From NCBI GenBank assembly GCA_030390025.1, contig CM059431.1, positions 107,386,001 to 107,450,000 of the forward strand: a stretch of DNA of 64,000 nucleotides. Direction: 5' to 3'. Under the pieces are notes generated by a model. The model saw only the letters and a program-made list of their open reading frames with translations, ran no database searches and was not told where the DNA came from. The translations under genes were made by a program, and so were the position numbers. The stretch is from Squalus acanthias (lineage: Eukaryota). Positions 25,318 to 38,734 of the stretch are shown here, piece after piece (positions within the stretch are counted from its first letter, which is position 1; every line of letters starts with the position of its first letter).

Positions 25318-25730
25318 AACTTGAATTTGTATAGCGCCTTTAACAGGGAAAGATATCCCAAGTCACTTCATACAGCATAATCAAAACAAATGGATGCCAA
25401 ACCAAAAAAGGAGATATCAGGAGGGGTGACCAAAGAGGTGAGTTGTAAGGAGGGTCTTCAAGGAGGTGCGGGAGGTGAAGAAGCGGAAGGATTTAGGGAG
25501 GGAATTCCAAAGTGTGGAGTCTCGGTAGCTGAAGGCATGACTAGCGATGGAGGGGTGAAGTGGGGGAGGCTGCATGAGAGACCAGAATCAGAGGAATGGA
25601 GGGTTTGGATGGGGGAGGGCGAGGGTTTGGGCTGGAGGAGGAGATAGAGATAGGGAGGAGTAAGGCCTCGAGGGGACTTAAACACAAGGTTGAGAGTTTA
25701 AAATTTTAGGCAGTAGGGGACCGGGAGCAT
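25318..25730 (-). mobile_element. L2 LINE 3' fragment
   Basis: Diverged reverse-complement L2 3' end. Confidence 0.8.
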
Positions 25731-27573
25731 TAAGGGGGTTATTTTGGGGAAAGGGTGAAAATAGGCACTAAGTTGGGGCTGTGTTTGAAAGTCTGGTTTT
25801 AGCCTGCAATTTTGGGAGTAATTGATGATTACCATGATTTAAACGTGCCTGGAGGCGCTAAAACAGACACCTGCACATTTAGCACTCCAGCGCTGATTAG
25901 GAGCAATTTTCGTGGAGCGGTATATGTAGACTCCGCGCACCCACTTCCACTGAAGGTGTGGAGTGCGCTGGCTGGCAGACCACGGCACGTATCAGGATGG
26001 CTCAGGGACTGAGGGAGAGAGCTCACAGGTTCTGAGAGGTGGCATTGGAGGTCCTGATGGAGGAGGTACAGCGGAGTAGGGATGTCCTGTACCCGCAAGA
26101 GGGAAAGAGGCCAAAGAGGCAACTAATGCGACAAATGTGGGAGGAGATTGCCGAGGAAGTCACAGCTAGGAGCACTGCCCCCAGGACATGTCTCTGGTTG
26201 CTGCAAAAAATGTAATGATTTGACACGAGTGGTCAAGGTAAGATACGATCTCATAAGCGCACTTCTCAATAACTGCACCACCACCACCAGCATCACAACC
26301 TCAACACACTGCATCCACCATCTAACTATACACTGACAGCCACACACCCCACAATATTGCATCCTTCACAGGCACTACTCACATCTCTGACACATCTCAC
26401 AGCTCTTCAACCATGTGAGGCATCACACACATACAAACACACAACCACACCTGCCAATACACTCATTCACAATCACCACTCTTTCTCTTCCAGGACAAGA
26501 TAGCACATAACAGGCGCCAGCAGGACTTGAACGGGGGAGGGGAAGCACAACTCCTTGAGCTCACTCTCCTTGAGGAGCCAGTGCTGGCAGTAATCAGGAG
26601 GGGTGTGGCACACATCATGGCCACAGGCAGAGCAGGGGACATATCGCCTAGAGGTATGTGGCTACTCCAGCTTCCTTGCATATCCACAACTATTCCTGAT
26701 CCCTAATCCCCCAAACCTATCCTCACTCACAAGATCCATATGGTCTCATCATACATCCTCCTATAGTGGCCACACGCGCTGCACCCTAACCCTTCCTGCT
26801 TTATCATTGCAGACTCCCAGGAGCAAGATCCACTTCGTTCCCAGGAGGAACTGGAAGAGGAGGAAGAGCCACCTTGATCTCGAAAAGGAGGAGGAGGAGA
26901 GAAATGAAGAAGGCACTCTGTCAATAGCTACCACTATCGCAGGCACCAACTCAGAGACCGGCACCATGCTTAACTTAGAAGCTAGGGTAGAATATGGATC
27001 CTCACAGTGGGACACACCGGGCACGAGTGGGCAGACGCCACGCCGGGTGGAAGGGACACCACAGATGCCAGCTTGCCGGGGGGCAAGGTCACATACTAGT
27101 TCTGCTGTAGAGGAGTCAGATGAGGACCTCACAGGACCAAGCTTCAGAAGAAGGCTGATGGGTCTGACAAACCAAATGCTTGGTGCAATGGACAGCCTGC
27201 CTTCAAGCTTACAGGTGGTGGCTAGGGGGGTGGAGAAGTCGCCTCCAGCTTGGCCCGTGGCTTGACGCAGAGCCTGGAACCCATCCTCGCCAGCGTGGAG
27301 CGGCTGGACAATTCCAGCCAACGACCTGTGGAGTCCAACATCATGCAGCGTCTGATGACTGAGGTCGCAGCTTCCACTGCAGTCACAGCAGCTTCCGTGG
27401 AATGACAAAGTGTTGCAATGGTAGTCCAAACAGTATCCATTGCACTACTGGCATGTTCCATGGAACGGCAAAGTGTTGAAACATAGAAACATAGAAAAGT
27501 AGGAGCAGGAGTCGGCCATTCGGCCCTTCAAGCCTGCTCCGCCATTTGATAAGATCATGGCTAATCCTCTATC

Positions 27574-30280
27574 TCAATACCATATTCTCGCTCTCTCCCC
27601 ATACCCCTTGACGCCTTTTGCGTCTAGAAACCTATCTATCTCCTTCTTAAATATATTCAGTGACTTGGCCTCCACAGCCTTCTGTGGTAGAAAATTCCAC
27701 AGGTTCACCACCCTCTGAGTGAAGAAATTTTTCCTCAATTCAGTCCTAAATGTCCTACTACTTATCCTGAGACTGTGACCCCTCGTTCTAGACCCCCCCG
27801 TAAGGGGAAACATCCTCCCTGCATCCAGTCTGTCTAGCCCTGTCAGAATTTTATACGTTTCAATGAGATCCCCTCTCATTCTTCTAAACTCTAGTGAATA
27901 CAGGCCTAGTCGACCCAATCTCTCCTGATACGACAGTCCTGCCATCCCAGGAATCAGTCAGGTGAACCTTCGCTGCACTCCCTCTATGGCAAGTATATCC
28001 TTTCTTAGGTAAGGAGACCAAAACTGCACACAGTACTCCAGGTGTGGTCTCACCAAGGCCCTGTATAACTGTAGTAAGACATCATTGCTCCTGTACTCAA
28101 ATCATCTTGCAATGAAGGCCAACATACCATTTGCCTTCCTAACTGCTTGCTGCGCCTGCATGTTTGCTTTCAGGGACTGGTGTACAAGGACACCCAAGTC
28201 CCTCTGTACATCAATATTTCCCAATCTATCTCCATTTAAATAATACTCTGCCTTTCTGTTTTTCCTACCGAAGTGGATAACTTCACATATATCCATGTTA
28301 TACTGCATCTGCCATGTATTTGCCCACTCACTCAACTTGTCTAAATCGCCTTGAAGCCTCTTTGCATCCTCCTCACAACTCACAATCCCACCTAGTTTTG
28401 TGTCGTCAGCAAACTTGGAAATATTACATTTGGTTCCCTCATCCAAACCATTGATATATATTGTGAATAGCTGGGGCCCAAGCACTGATCCCTGCGGTAC
28501 CCCTCTAGTCACCGCCTGCCACCCAGAAAAAGATCCATTTATTCCTACTCTGTTTCCTGTCTGTTAACCAATTTTCAATCCATGCCAGTATATTACCCCC
28601 AATCCCATGTGCTTTAATTTTGCACACTAACCTCTTATGTGGGACTTTATCAAAGGCCTTCTGAAAATCCAAATACACCACATCCACTGGTTCTCCCTTA
28701 TCTATTCTACCAGTTACATCCTCAAAAACTCCAGTAGGTTTGTCAAACACAATTTCCCTTTCATAAATCCATGTTGACTTTGTCTAATCCCGTTGATATT
28801 TTCTAAGTGTCCTGTTATCACATCCTTTATAAGAGACTCTAGCATTTTCCTTACTAATGATGTTAGGCTAACTGGTCTGTAGTTCCCTGTTTTCTCTCTC
28901 CCTCCTTTTTTAAATAGTTGGGTTACATTTGTCACCCTCCAATCTGCAGGAACTGTTCCATAATCTATGGAATTTTGGAAAATGACAACCAATGCATCCA
29001 CTATTTCCATGGCTACCTCTTTTAGTACTCTGGGATGCAAATTATCAGGCCCTGGGGATTTATCGGCTTTCAATCCCATTAATTTCTCCAGCACTAATTT
29101 TTTACTAATACTAATTTCCTTTAATTCCTCCTTCTCACTAGACCATTGGTTCCCTAGCATTTCTGGGAAGTTATTTGTGTCCTCTTCCGTGAAGACAGAA
29201 CCAAAGTATTTGTTTAATTGCTCTGCCATTTCCTTGTTCCCCATCATAAATTCTCCCGTTTCTGACTGTAAGGGACCTACATTTGTCTTCACTAATCTTT
29301 TTCTTTTTACATACTTGTAGAAGCTTTTACAGTCCACTTTTATGTTCCTTGCAAGTTTACTCTCATACTCTATTTTTCCCCTCTTAATCAATCTCTTGGT
29401 CCTTTTTTGCTGAACTCTAAACTGCTCCCAATCCTCAGGCTTGCTACTTTTTCTGGCTACTTTATATGACTCCTCTTTGGATCTAATACTATCCTTAATT
29501 TATTTTGTTAGCCATGGTTTGGCCACTTTTCCTTTTGTGTTTTTGCGCCGGAAAGGAATGTATAACTGTTGCAATTCATGCATTTGTTCCTTAAATGTTA
29601 GCCATTGCCTATCCACCGTCATGCCTTTTAATGAAGCTCCCCAATCTATCATAGCCAACTCACTCCTCATATGTTCGTAGTTTCCTTTGTTTAGATTTAG
29701 GACCCTAGTTTCAGATTGGACTTCTTCACTTTCCATCATAATGAAGAATTCTATCATTTTATGGTTACTCTTCCCTAAAGGACCCCGCACAACAAGATTA
29801 TTAATTAACCCCTTCTCATTGCACAATACCTAATCTAGGATAGCCTGTTCCCTAGTTGGCTCCTCAACATACTGGTCTAAAAAACCATCTCGTACACACT
29901 CCAAGAATTCATCCTCCACAGTATTATTGCTAATTTGGTTTGGCCAGTCTATATGTAGATTAAAGTCACCCATGATTACTGTAGTACCCTTGTTACATGC
30001 GTCTTTAATTTCCTGTTTGATGCCATCCCCTACATTACCACTACTGTTTGGAGGCCTATAGACAACTCCCACTAATGTTTTCTGCCCCTTGGTGCTTCTT
30101 AGCTCCACCCAGACTGGTTCTACATCTTGATTTTCTGAGCCAATATCCTTTCTCACTATTGCTCTGATTTCATCCTTTACCAACGATGCCACCCCACCTC
30201 CTTTTCCTTTTTGCCTGTCCTTCCTAAATATCGAATATCCTTGGATATTCAGCTCCCAGCCTTGGTCACCTTGCAGCCAT
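27574..30280 (-). pseudogene. CR1 ORF2 (AP endonuclease + reverse transcriptase), disrupted
   Basis: [49 protein letters not shown] motifs in several frames. The endonuclease N-terminus appears deleted near 30280. Confidence 0.93.
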
Positions 30281-30447
30281 TTTCTCTTACCCGGACCCTA
30301 TTTGTAGTGCACTCCTTTGTTTGTACGCTCTGTCCCTTCCTGACACAATCTGGTTTTCCTTACCCCATCCCTTTCCTGCACTGCTTCCTTGTCTTTTCTC
30401 TTTAGCATTCTAGATTTCTTTCCACCAGGACCCTCCCCCCCACTTAT

Positions 30448-31401
30448 TTAGTTTAAAGCCCTATCTACCACCCTGGTTATTCGATTCGCCAGAACTCTGG
30501 TCCCAGCATGGTTCAGGTGTAGTCCGTCCCAACGGAATAGCTCTCTCTTTCCCCAGTACTGGTGCCAGTGCCCCACGAATCGAAACCCACTTCTCCCACA
30601 CCAATCTTTGAGCCACGCATTCATCTCCCTGATCCTATTGACCCTGTGCCAATTTGCCCGTGGCTCCGGTAATAATCCAGAGATTATGACCTTTGTGGTT
30701 CTGCTTTTTAATTTAGTCCCTAGCTGCTCAAACTCTCTCAGCAGAACCTCTTTCTTTGTCCTACCTATGTCGTAGGTACCTATGTGGACCACGACAACTG
30801 GATCCTCCCCCTCCCACTCCAAGTTCTTCTCCAGCATGGAGGAGATGTCTTTTACACTGGCACCGGGTAGGCAACATAGCCTTCGGGACTCACGCACCTG
30901 GCTGCAGAGAACAGTGTCTATCCCCCTAACTATACTGTCGCCGACTACAACCACCTTTCTTTTTACTCCCCCCACATGAACGGCTTCCTGCACCACGGTG
31001 CTGTGGTCAGTTTGCTCGTTCTCTCCGCAGTCCCCGCACTCGTCCACAAGGGTTGCAAGAACCTCGAATCTATTGGACAAGTGCAGGGACTGAGGCTCCT
31101 GCAATATTACCTCCTGGATCCCCATACCTGCCTCACTCGCAGTCACACCCTCCTGTCCCTGACCATGTGTCAATTCTAAAGCATTTAATCTAAGGGGTGT
31201 GGCTGTCTCCTGGAGCAAAAGGTCCAGGTAACTTTCTCCCTCCCTGATGTCTCGCAGTGTCTGCAGCTCGGACTCCAGCTCCTCAACTCGGAGCCGAAGT
31301 TCTTCGAGCCGCAGTCACTTACCGCAGATGTAGTCACCCTGGACAAAAATGTCCACAAGTTCCCACATATTGCAGCAGCAACACATCTCCTGTTCTCCCA
31401 T
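30448..31401 (-). pseudogene. CR1 ORF1: Cys-rich zinc finger/leucine zipper + SGNH/GDSL esterase
   Basis: ATG at 31401 gives MGEQEMCCCCNMWE..YICGK*LRLEELRLRVEELESEL, with TGA at 31317-31315. Then VVVVGDSIVRG, CLPGA, VHIGTYD, DGLHLN. Confidence 0.92.
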
Positions 31402-32268
31402 TATTTTATTTGTTTAATTAATTAGTTTAGTTTTAATCAAATTATTTACCTCGTTTAGTTTATTAAATTAATTAAATTAAGTTTAGTTTTTAAAATTGAG
31501 TTATATGTTATATGTTAACTTAAAGCTTAGCCCACAGTCACTACCAATCACTTACCTGCCTTGGAAGCACAGGCAGCTGTCATGGTGGCTTTGGGCTGCT
31601 TGGTTGAAAGGGGCTTGCAGAGTGCCTCTGATGCCCAGAGACCTGTCCTCCAGCAAATCACTGGGTTAGCTGAACAGAAGCCTCGAGGCAGTAGTGTGGA
31701 AATGATGGAGCAGGAATCTACTGGCCTCTCTCCGGAGGTCAGTATTCCAGCTCCCTCCCCCACCACTCTACCATTGCTCTGCAGTTGCTTGTCAGCCAGG
31801 CGAGCCAGACTGCTCAAGCCCAGGCTGAGATGGGGCAGTCTGAGAAGGGGCCATCATGGCCCACAGCCTCTCGAGGGCATGCCAGGAGGACATCTGAACT
31901 GCCATCTTCATATTCGCAGCAGCCATCCAACTCGCGTGCTGCTGCCACTCAGGTTGCACTACATAGAAGCACCAGAGTAGGCAAGAGCACTTATAGGCTA
32001 GACACTGAGGGTAAGCACCAGAGTGAATAGTTTAATATTTGCAAGTGCTGTTGGTTGTGTTATGTTTCATTGCTTGTTTTTGCTCTAGATAAAGAGTGAT
32101 TATGGTAATTGTGTAGTGCGGGAATTGTTGGTCTGTTTTATTGTGTTCTTCATGGGGAAGAGGTTGAAAGGATTGAGTGCAGACGGGGGACTTCCTGATA
32201 GATCCTCAGTCATGGAAGGTAAGGAATGTGGCAACAGTGCTCCGGAGTCTGATGATGGAGGATGTCTC

Positions 32269-32610
32269 TCAAAAACGGTCTTCAATTAGATGGCGGCGAG
32301 CGTCCATCCCAGGTGCGGGTCATCTACCTGGAACACACTGGTGCTCCCCCTGGTCCCCCTCATCTTCCTCCTTCCCCTCACCATCCTCCTCCTCCTCCTC
32401 TTCATCCTCCTCCTCTTGTGCCTCTTGAGCTTGACCCTCTGGCACAATTGCTGGTGGTAACGGCTGGTCTCTCATGATCGCCAGATTGTGGAGCATGCAG
32501 CAAGTCACCACAAATCTGGACCCACCCTTGCCCTCCCGTCCCTCCTCTCCCTCTCTCCTCCAGCTGCTGGTGTTGCTCTGCCTGGCCTCATCTCCTCCTC
32601 CCATTCCTCC
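32269..32610 (-). pseudogene. Internally deleted Harbinger transposase remnant
   Basis: RFVVTCCMLHNLAIMRDQPLPP + acidic tract + RRHLIEDRF* matches the C-terminus of 16114-17274. Catalytic core absent (junction ~32520). Confidence 0.88.
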
Positions 32611-34329
32611 TCCAGACCAAGGGGGACCCCTAGCAAAATCCCCAGGACCAATCACTCCCTTTCTCCTGGTGACTCCTATAAGGTCTCCAATAAGGTACAG
32701 TAGCACAGCACTTACTCTCTTTAGGTGAAATTTTCAGTGAATTTCCAGAATAAATGTTGAAAGAGTGTTGGTGAAGTCTTGACAAAGTGTCCCAGAAAAT
32801 CTCCCGATGTGTCTCAAAAGTCCTCTTCAAACGCAGTGCAGTCAGTCGATCTCCAGCAGCAAGTGAACAGTGAAAGCTGAGCATGGCTTTAAGTAGCACT
32901 CGCAATCCTCACCAATGACTTCTTTACTCCTGTTCAGCTGGTCATTGTTCGGAGAGGTTGTTAATTGCAGCGCTAGCCAGCAAAATGTGCAGCCTCTTTA
33001 ATGAGCATTCGGAGCCAATTTAATTGGTCAGCAGAGTGTTAATCATCCTCAGGGCGGCCGTTCCTAGCGCACGCTTAAACTCCTTTACCAAGATGGTGTA
33101 TTGTGCTAAAGGCGGGCTAACCAGGCGTTGCAGCTCAAGACCCCATCTTGGCCACATCGAAGACTCTTTTGCGCCTAAAATACCCAGGGAAATTAGCCCC
33201 CACAAGGTTAGTTCTTGCCAATGGGCACAAAGAACTACATTTATTTATCACAACATACTCTGTCCCAATATGGACATGATGCATGATAAATTTAATGAGT
33301 TAATCCTTACTAACATTGAGAAATGTCTGAATTTCAATTGACAATGTACCTTATCTTAATCCATGCTGCTCTTACTGTTCAAAGCAAAGGGGATACATTA
33401 TAGGAGGGCACGGGCAAGGTGAAGTGCCCCTGGAGAAACCATCAACTGCATATGAGAACAGACATTTTACATTAATTAAGAGAGAGATTTTCCAAGGCAC
33501 TGGGCTGAACAGTTTGCAGATGCATGTGGATGGGTGCGTGGTCTAAGTAATTATGCACCACACTGTTAACATGTTGAATGACCAGCTACATATGTTATAT
33601 CAGTGTGGCCACATACACTGATCATCACAATGCTAAATATTTTGTGTAATGAAAATACAATACTGAAATGGAAAAATGTGTTTACATGCTCATAAAAATG
33701 TCAACACTGAAATTTTGCAGGATTTCCACATAACTCCAATAGGAGACTGGTTGGACCCCCAGGAAAGCATGGGCAGTTTCCAAGAGTTTCTCCATTGCCT
33801 TGTAAGGGGTGGAACCTCTATCCACCCTTTGCAAAATAAATGGCTAGAAGGGATGGAGTTGTAGTGAGGACAAAGCCAAAGGTTCCTGTCCTGATCCTCA
33901 GTCTGGACCCAACATTGTAGTAGTGGCCAATAAGCCAAGTGGGTCGAACCTTCTAGTTTCATTGAGATTATACGTGAGCTGCACCAATGGGATCCAGCCC
34001 AGTCAAGGCCTTCAATTTCTTTTAAAAGGTGGGGTTGTTGGGGGTCCTGGGAAAGCCCATCTCTAATGAGCGGGTGGTGGAGTCTCTAGCAGGTGCCAGA
34101 GTTGCGCCCACGTGGCACTTGTGCCCGCCGAGTCCATGCAAATGAAGTGCCTTGCAAACTCCAGCAGGATCAGCGTGGGAGGGCACCATTGAGCCCATCG
34201 GCTGTGCTCTCTTTACGCGTCTATCCAAGGTTTCTGCGGAACTTCTGCTGCTGGTACAGCAGCCTATTGGGAGAATCCCCAAGGAAACTCCCAGTGAGTT
34301 GTCCGAAGTGTGTAGAGAAGGCAGGGACA

Positions 34330-34445
34330 GGGTACTGAATTTGGATGATCAGCCATGATCTCATTGAATGGCGGAGCAGGCTCGAGGGGCTGAATGGCCT
34401 ACTCCTGCTCCTATCTTCTATGTTTCTATGTTTCTATGTTTCTAA
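34330..34445 (+). mobile_element. CR1 3' terminal fragment with (TTCTATGT)n tail
   Basis: GATCAGCCATGATC..GGCCTACTCCTGCTCC followed by 8-mer repeats. Confidence 0.9.
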
Positions 34446-34934
34446 ACTTCTCAGATGCAGCATAGCTTTTAAAAATCTGTGCTGACTGTTGAAGGAAAAT
34501 CTAATTTAAACATCCCTGACAACAAGAAGAACTTTAATACAAAAGAGGACTTTTAATGATTGCTATAACACTTGAAAATGTAAGTTGAGAACAAAGAATA
34601 TGAAAGAACATTTTTAACCGACATTACTCAGACAAAAAAACAGTTTTAGCCAAGGACAAATCTGGGGTTGCTATGGAACCAGTGGAACTAACCAGCACTG
34701 TCTTGAGATAAGACTCTCATTAAACTGCAGCAGGTGACACGCATGATGAAGTAACCCCACTAAACGTTGAACCAATCATGAACAACAAAGAGAAAAGCCA
34801 TGAATGAGCCAATGATTGAGATATACACGTGAAAGCCACATGAAGAATCTGAACACAAAAAATGTAAGAACTGACACAAGACGCTAAGTGCTACCTGTTG
34901 TGGTGTCTTTGCTTGTTATACCATCATCAGAGTG

Positions 34935-37110
34935 TCCAGTTTACAGTTTTTCTAAACTGGAATAGGGCTAACTTCAATGGGATGCGAAAGGATCTAGCCA
35001 GAGTAAAATGGAACCAAAGACTGACAGGAAAAACTGTAACGGAGCAATGGGAGATCTTTAAGGAGGAGCTGTTCCAAGTACAGGCTAGGTATATTCCAAC
35101 AAGAGGGAATGGTAAGGGAACCAAAGCAAGGGCTCCTTGGATGACGAGGGAGATAGAGAAGATGATGAAACAAAAAAAGAGGGTGTATGATGAATGTCAG
35201 GTGAATTCTTCAAGGGAGAACCAGACCAAATACAATAAGTTGAGAGGGGATGTGAAGATGAAAATAAATTGGCAAAGAGAGAATATGAGAGTAGAATGGC
35301 GGTTAACATAAAAGGGAACCTAAAAATCTTCTACCGGCATGTAAACAGTAAGCGGGTAGTAAGAGGTGGGGTGGGGCCTATTAGGGACAAAGAAGGTGAT
35401 ATATGCTTAGAGGTTAGAATACTCAATGAGTACGTTGTATCTGTGTTTACTAAGGAGGTGTATGCTGACAAAATATCAGTAGAAGTGGAAAAGGTAGAAG
35501 CAATGGAAGGGGTGAAAATTGATAGACAGGATGTACTAGAAAGGCTGGGTATGCTTAGAGTGGACAAGTTGCCTGGTCCAGATGGCTTGCATCCCAGGTT
35601 GCTAAGGGAATTGGGGGAGGAGATAGTGGAAGGGCTTGCCATAATTTTCCAATCTTCCCTAGATGTGGGGGAAGTGCCTGAGGATTGGAAAGTGGCAAAT
35701 GTGACACCATTGTTCAAGAAAGGGTGTAAAGACAATCCTAGTAACTATAGGCTGGTCAGTTTAACATCAGTGGTGGGTAAAGTTTTAGAAACAATAATCA
35801 AGGAAAAAATTAATGGGCACTTGGAGAGGTTTAAGCTAATTAAGGAGAGCCAACACGGATTTGTAAAAGGCAGATCGTGTTTGACTAATCTAATTGAATT
35901 TTTTGATGAAATAACAGGGAGGATTGATGAAGGGAATGCAATGGATGTTGTCTACATGGATTTTCGGAAGGCGTTTGACAAAGTACCACATAGATGGCTG
36001 GTTAACAAAATTGAGGCTCATGGAATAGATGGGTCAGTGGCAGCTTGGACAAGGAATTGGCTTAAGGACAGAAAACAGTGAGTTGTGGTAAATGGCTGTT
36101 TTTCAGACTGGAGGATGGTCGACAGTGGGGTTCCCCAAGGGTCAGTGCTGGGGCCACTTCTTTTTTTGATATATATAAATGACCTGGATATTGGAATATA
36201 GAGTAGAATTTCTAAATTTGCTGATGACACCAAACTTAGAGGTGTGACAAACAGTGATGATGATACCAATTGACTGCAACAGGACATAGAAAGGCTAGCA
36301 GAATGGGCAGATGGAATTTAATACAGAGAAGTGTGAGGTGATGCATTTTGGCGAAGGGAGAGGCAATATACACTTAATGGCACAGTTTTAAAGAGTGTGC
36401 AGGGACAGAGGGACCTGGGAGTTAATGTGCATAGGTTCCTGAAGGTGGCAGGACATATTGAGAGAGTAGTTAGCAAAGCATATGGGATCTTGGGCTTCAT
36501 AAATAGAGGTATTGAGTACAAAAGTAGAAAAGTTATGCTGAAACTTTATAAAGCACTGGTTAGGCCACAACTGGAGTATTGTGTCCAGTTCTGGTCACCA
36601 CACTTTAGGAAAGATGTGAAGGCCCTTGAGAGGCTGCAGAGGAGATTTACCAGAATGGTTCCGGGGATGGGGGATCTTAGCTACAAGGACATTTTGGAGA
36701 AGCTGGATTTTATTTTCATTAGAGCAAAGGAGGTTGCGGGGTGATTTGATAGAAGTGTACAAGATTATGATGGGTTTGGATAGGCTAGACGGGGAATGGC
36801 TGTTCCCACTAGTTGATGGTACAAGGACTAGGGGACACAGATTTAAGGTCTTGGGCAAGAGATACGGGGGGATGTGAGGAAAAACTTTTTTACGCAGCGA
36901 GTGGTGAGGACCTGGAACTCGCTGCCGACGGAAGTGGTGGAAGCGGACACACTCAATGTTTTCAAGGGGAGACTGGATAGGCACTTGAGGGAAATAAACT
37001 TGCAGGGCTACGGGGATACAGCGGGGGAATGGGACTGACTGGATTGCTCTACAGAGAGCTGGCATGGACTTGATGGGCCGAATGGCCTCCTTCTGTGCCG
37101 TTATGACTCT
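34935..37110 (+). mobile_element. 5'-truncated CR1 LINE with disrupted RT
   Basis: [59 protein letters not shown]; stops and frameshifts. Confidence 0.95.
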
Positions 37111-37140
37111 AAGACCTAGTTTTTTTCCTGCAGTCAGCCA

Positions 37141-37450
37141 AGAATCATAGAATCATAGAATCATAGAATGGTTACAGCACAGAAGGAGGCTATTCAGCCC
37201 ATCGAGTCCGTGCTGGCTCTCTGCAGGAGCACTTCAGCTAGTCCCACTCCCCCGCACTTTCCCCCTAGCCCTGCAATTTTTTTTCCTTCAGGTACATATC
37301 CAATTCCCTTTTGAAAGCCACGATTGAAACTGCCTCCACCACCCTCTCAGGCAGTGCATTCCAGATCATAACCACCCGCTGCATAAAAAGTTTTTCTTCA
37401 TTTCGCCTTTTGTTCTTCTGCCAATCACCTTAAATCTGTGTCCTCTGGAT
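37141..37450 (-). mobile_element. CR1 3' fragment
   Basis: (AGAATCAT)n tail; reverse-complement CR1 3' end. Confidence 0.9.
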
Positions 37451-38264
37451 AAACATATCCTGGTCTAACGAAGAGAAGACGTCTAAAGATTTCAACAGAC
37501 TTCAAATGATCATCGGTGTGGCCATCGGTCTCTTGAAGACTCCAGGACAGGTTAAGTTGGGCTCTTATTTAATCCGTGTGTTAGTGGTTAAATAAGAGAT
37601 CTCTGGGAGAGAGATAGTGTATCTGTGTGTTTCTGTTAAAGTGGATTCAGGTCTACGAACCCTCCTCTAACACTTAATGTGGGAGGTGCGAAAGTCGTAA
37701 ATAATTCCTGCACTGTTTTTCATATCCGCATTGGGTATAGTAATTGATGGGGAAAACCACCTGTACAGAAAAACTCTTAGTGCCTCTACATCAGCTGCGA
37801 GTTGCACTGAAGTGATTGTGCATGGGCGCATACTAAAACAGGGTGGCAATTGATGTATTCATGGAAGCACTGGATGGCATCGCAAATGGCTCCTGTGATG
37901 TCCCCTTTGGGTTTTCAGAAGGTGTCTTTGGCATACAAATTGAGGACAATAGAGGGACTTCACTGCCACTGATACTGCAGTGCAGATAATTGACTTTGCC
38001 TGCAGGTCTTTGTGAATCAGGCGAGCCAATTCACTAACAGCCAGAGCCTCATCATGCAACGAGCCTGTGGCAATCTCAGGAGAGTGACTTTGGTGGGATA
38101 GAGTTAATCACTGACTAGCTTGTTCTGTGAATAGTGTAACTTCCATACCTTCTGCACTCTCAGGCTGCCCATTCCTCCAGCTCTCTCTGCACTATGAACA
38201 ACTCACAATGGCTCTGGCACCCAATCTATGTGGCTGAAAAATTCTCTGCATTATTTACTGCTGT

Positions 38265-38734
38265 GTCAGCTGTGGCTCAGTTGGTAGCACCCTCGCCTCT
38301 GAGTCAGGAGGTTGTGGGTTGAAGTCCCACTCCAGGGACTTGAGCACATAAAGCTAGGCTAACACTCCAGTGCAGTGCTGAGGGAGTGCTGCACTATCAG
38401 AGGTGCTGACTGTCGGATGAGAAGTTAAACCGAGGCCCCGTCTGCTCTCTCAGGTGGATGTAAAAGACCCCGTGGCACTATTTCGAAGAAGAGCAGGGGA
38501 GTTATCCCCGGTGTCCTGGCCAATATTTATCCCTCAACCAACGTAACAAAAACAGATTATTTGGTCATTATCACGTTGCTGTTTGTGGGACCTTGCTGTG
38601 CGCAAATTGGTTGCTGCGTTTCCCACATTACAACAGTGGCTACACTTCAAAAGTACTTCATTGACTGTAAAGCCTTGAGACGTCCGGTGGTCATGAAAGG
38701 TGCTATATAAATGCAAGTCTTCCTTTCTTTCTTT
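38265..38734 (+). mobile_element. Full-length tRNA-derived SINE with Deu-like core and L2-derived tail (SacSINE1-like)
   Basis: A-box TGGCTCAGTTGG, B-box-like GGTTGAAGTCC, conserved core, 3' end GCTATATAAATGCAAG shared with local L2s, (TTTC)n tail. Family name is from recall. Confidence 0.88.

Larger units (their letters stand above)
27479..31556 (-). mobile_element. Near full-length CR1 LINE (ORF1 + ORF2), ~4.1 kb
   Basis: (TTTCTATG)n tail at 27479, RT and APE motifs, esterase ORF1, AT-rich 5' UTR. The host Myb-like frame (ERQSV|ALEAQ) rejoins across it. Confidence 0.95.
25997..32030 (+). pseudogene. Myb/SANT-like pseudogene of the second Harbinger (exons 25997-26237, 26494-26653, 26813-27478 + 31559-32030)
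   Basis: MAQGLRERAHRF..WEEIAEEV..KKCNDLTRVVK / DKIAHNRRQQDLNGGG / VLQQITGLAEQKPRGS align with element 1. Same intron positions. Stops and frameshifts present. Confidence 0.85.
25734..33201 (-). mobile_element. Decayed Harbinger transposon interrupted by a CR1
   Basis: TIRs GGGGGTTATTTT / AAATTAGCCCCC (10/12), left flank TAA. Myb-like remnants on + and a transposase remnant on -, both homologous to the 15603 element. Confidence 0.88.

Noticed and set aside
38271..38345. tRNA gene
   Set aside because: A/B boxes belong to a SINE head; no complete cloverleaf
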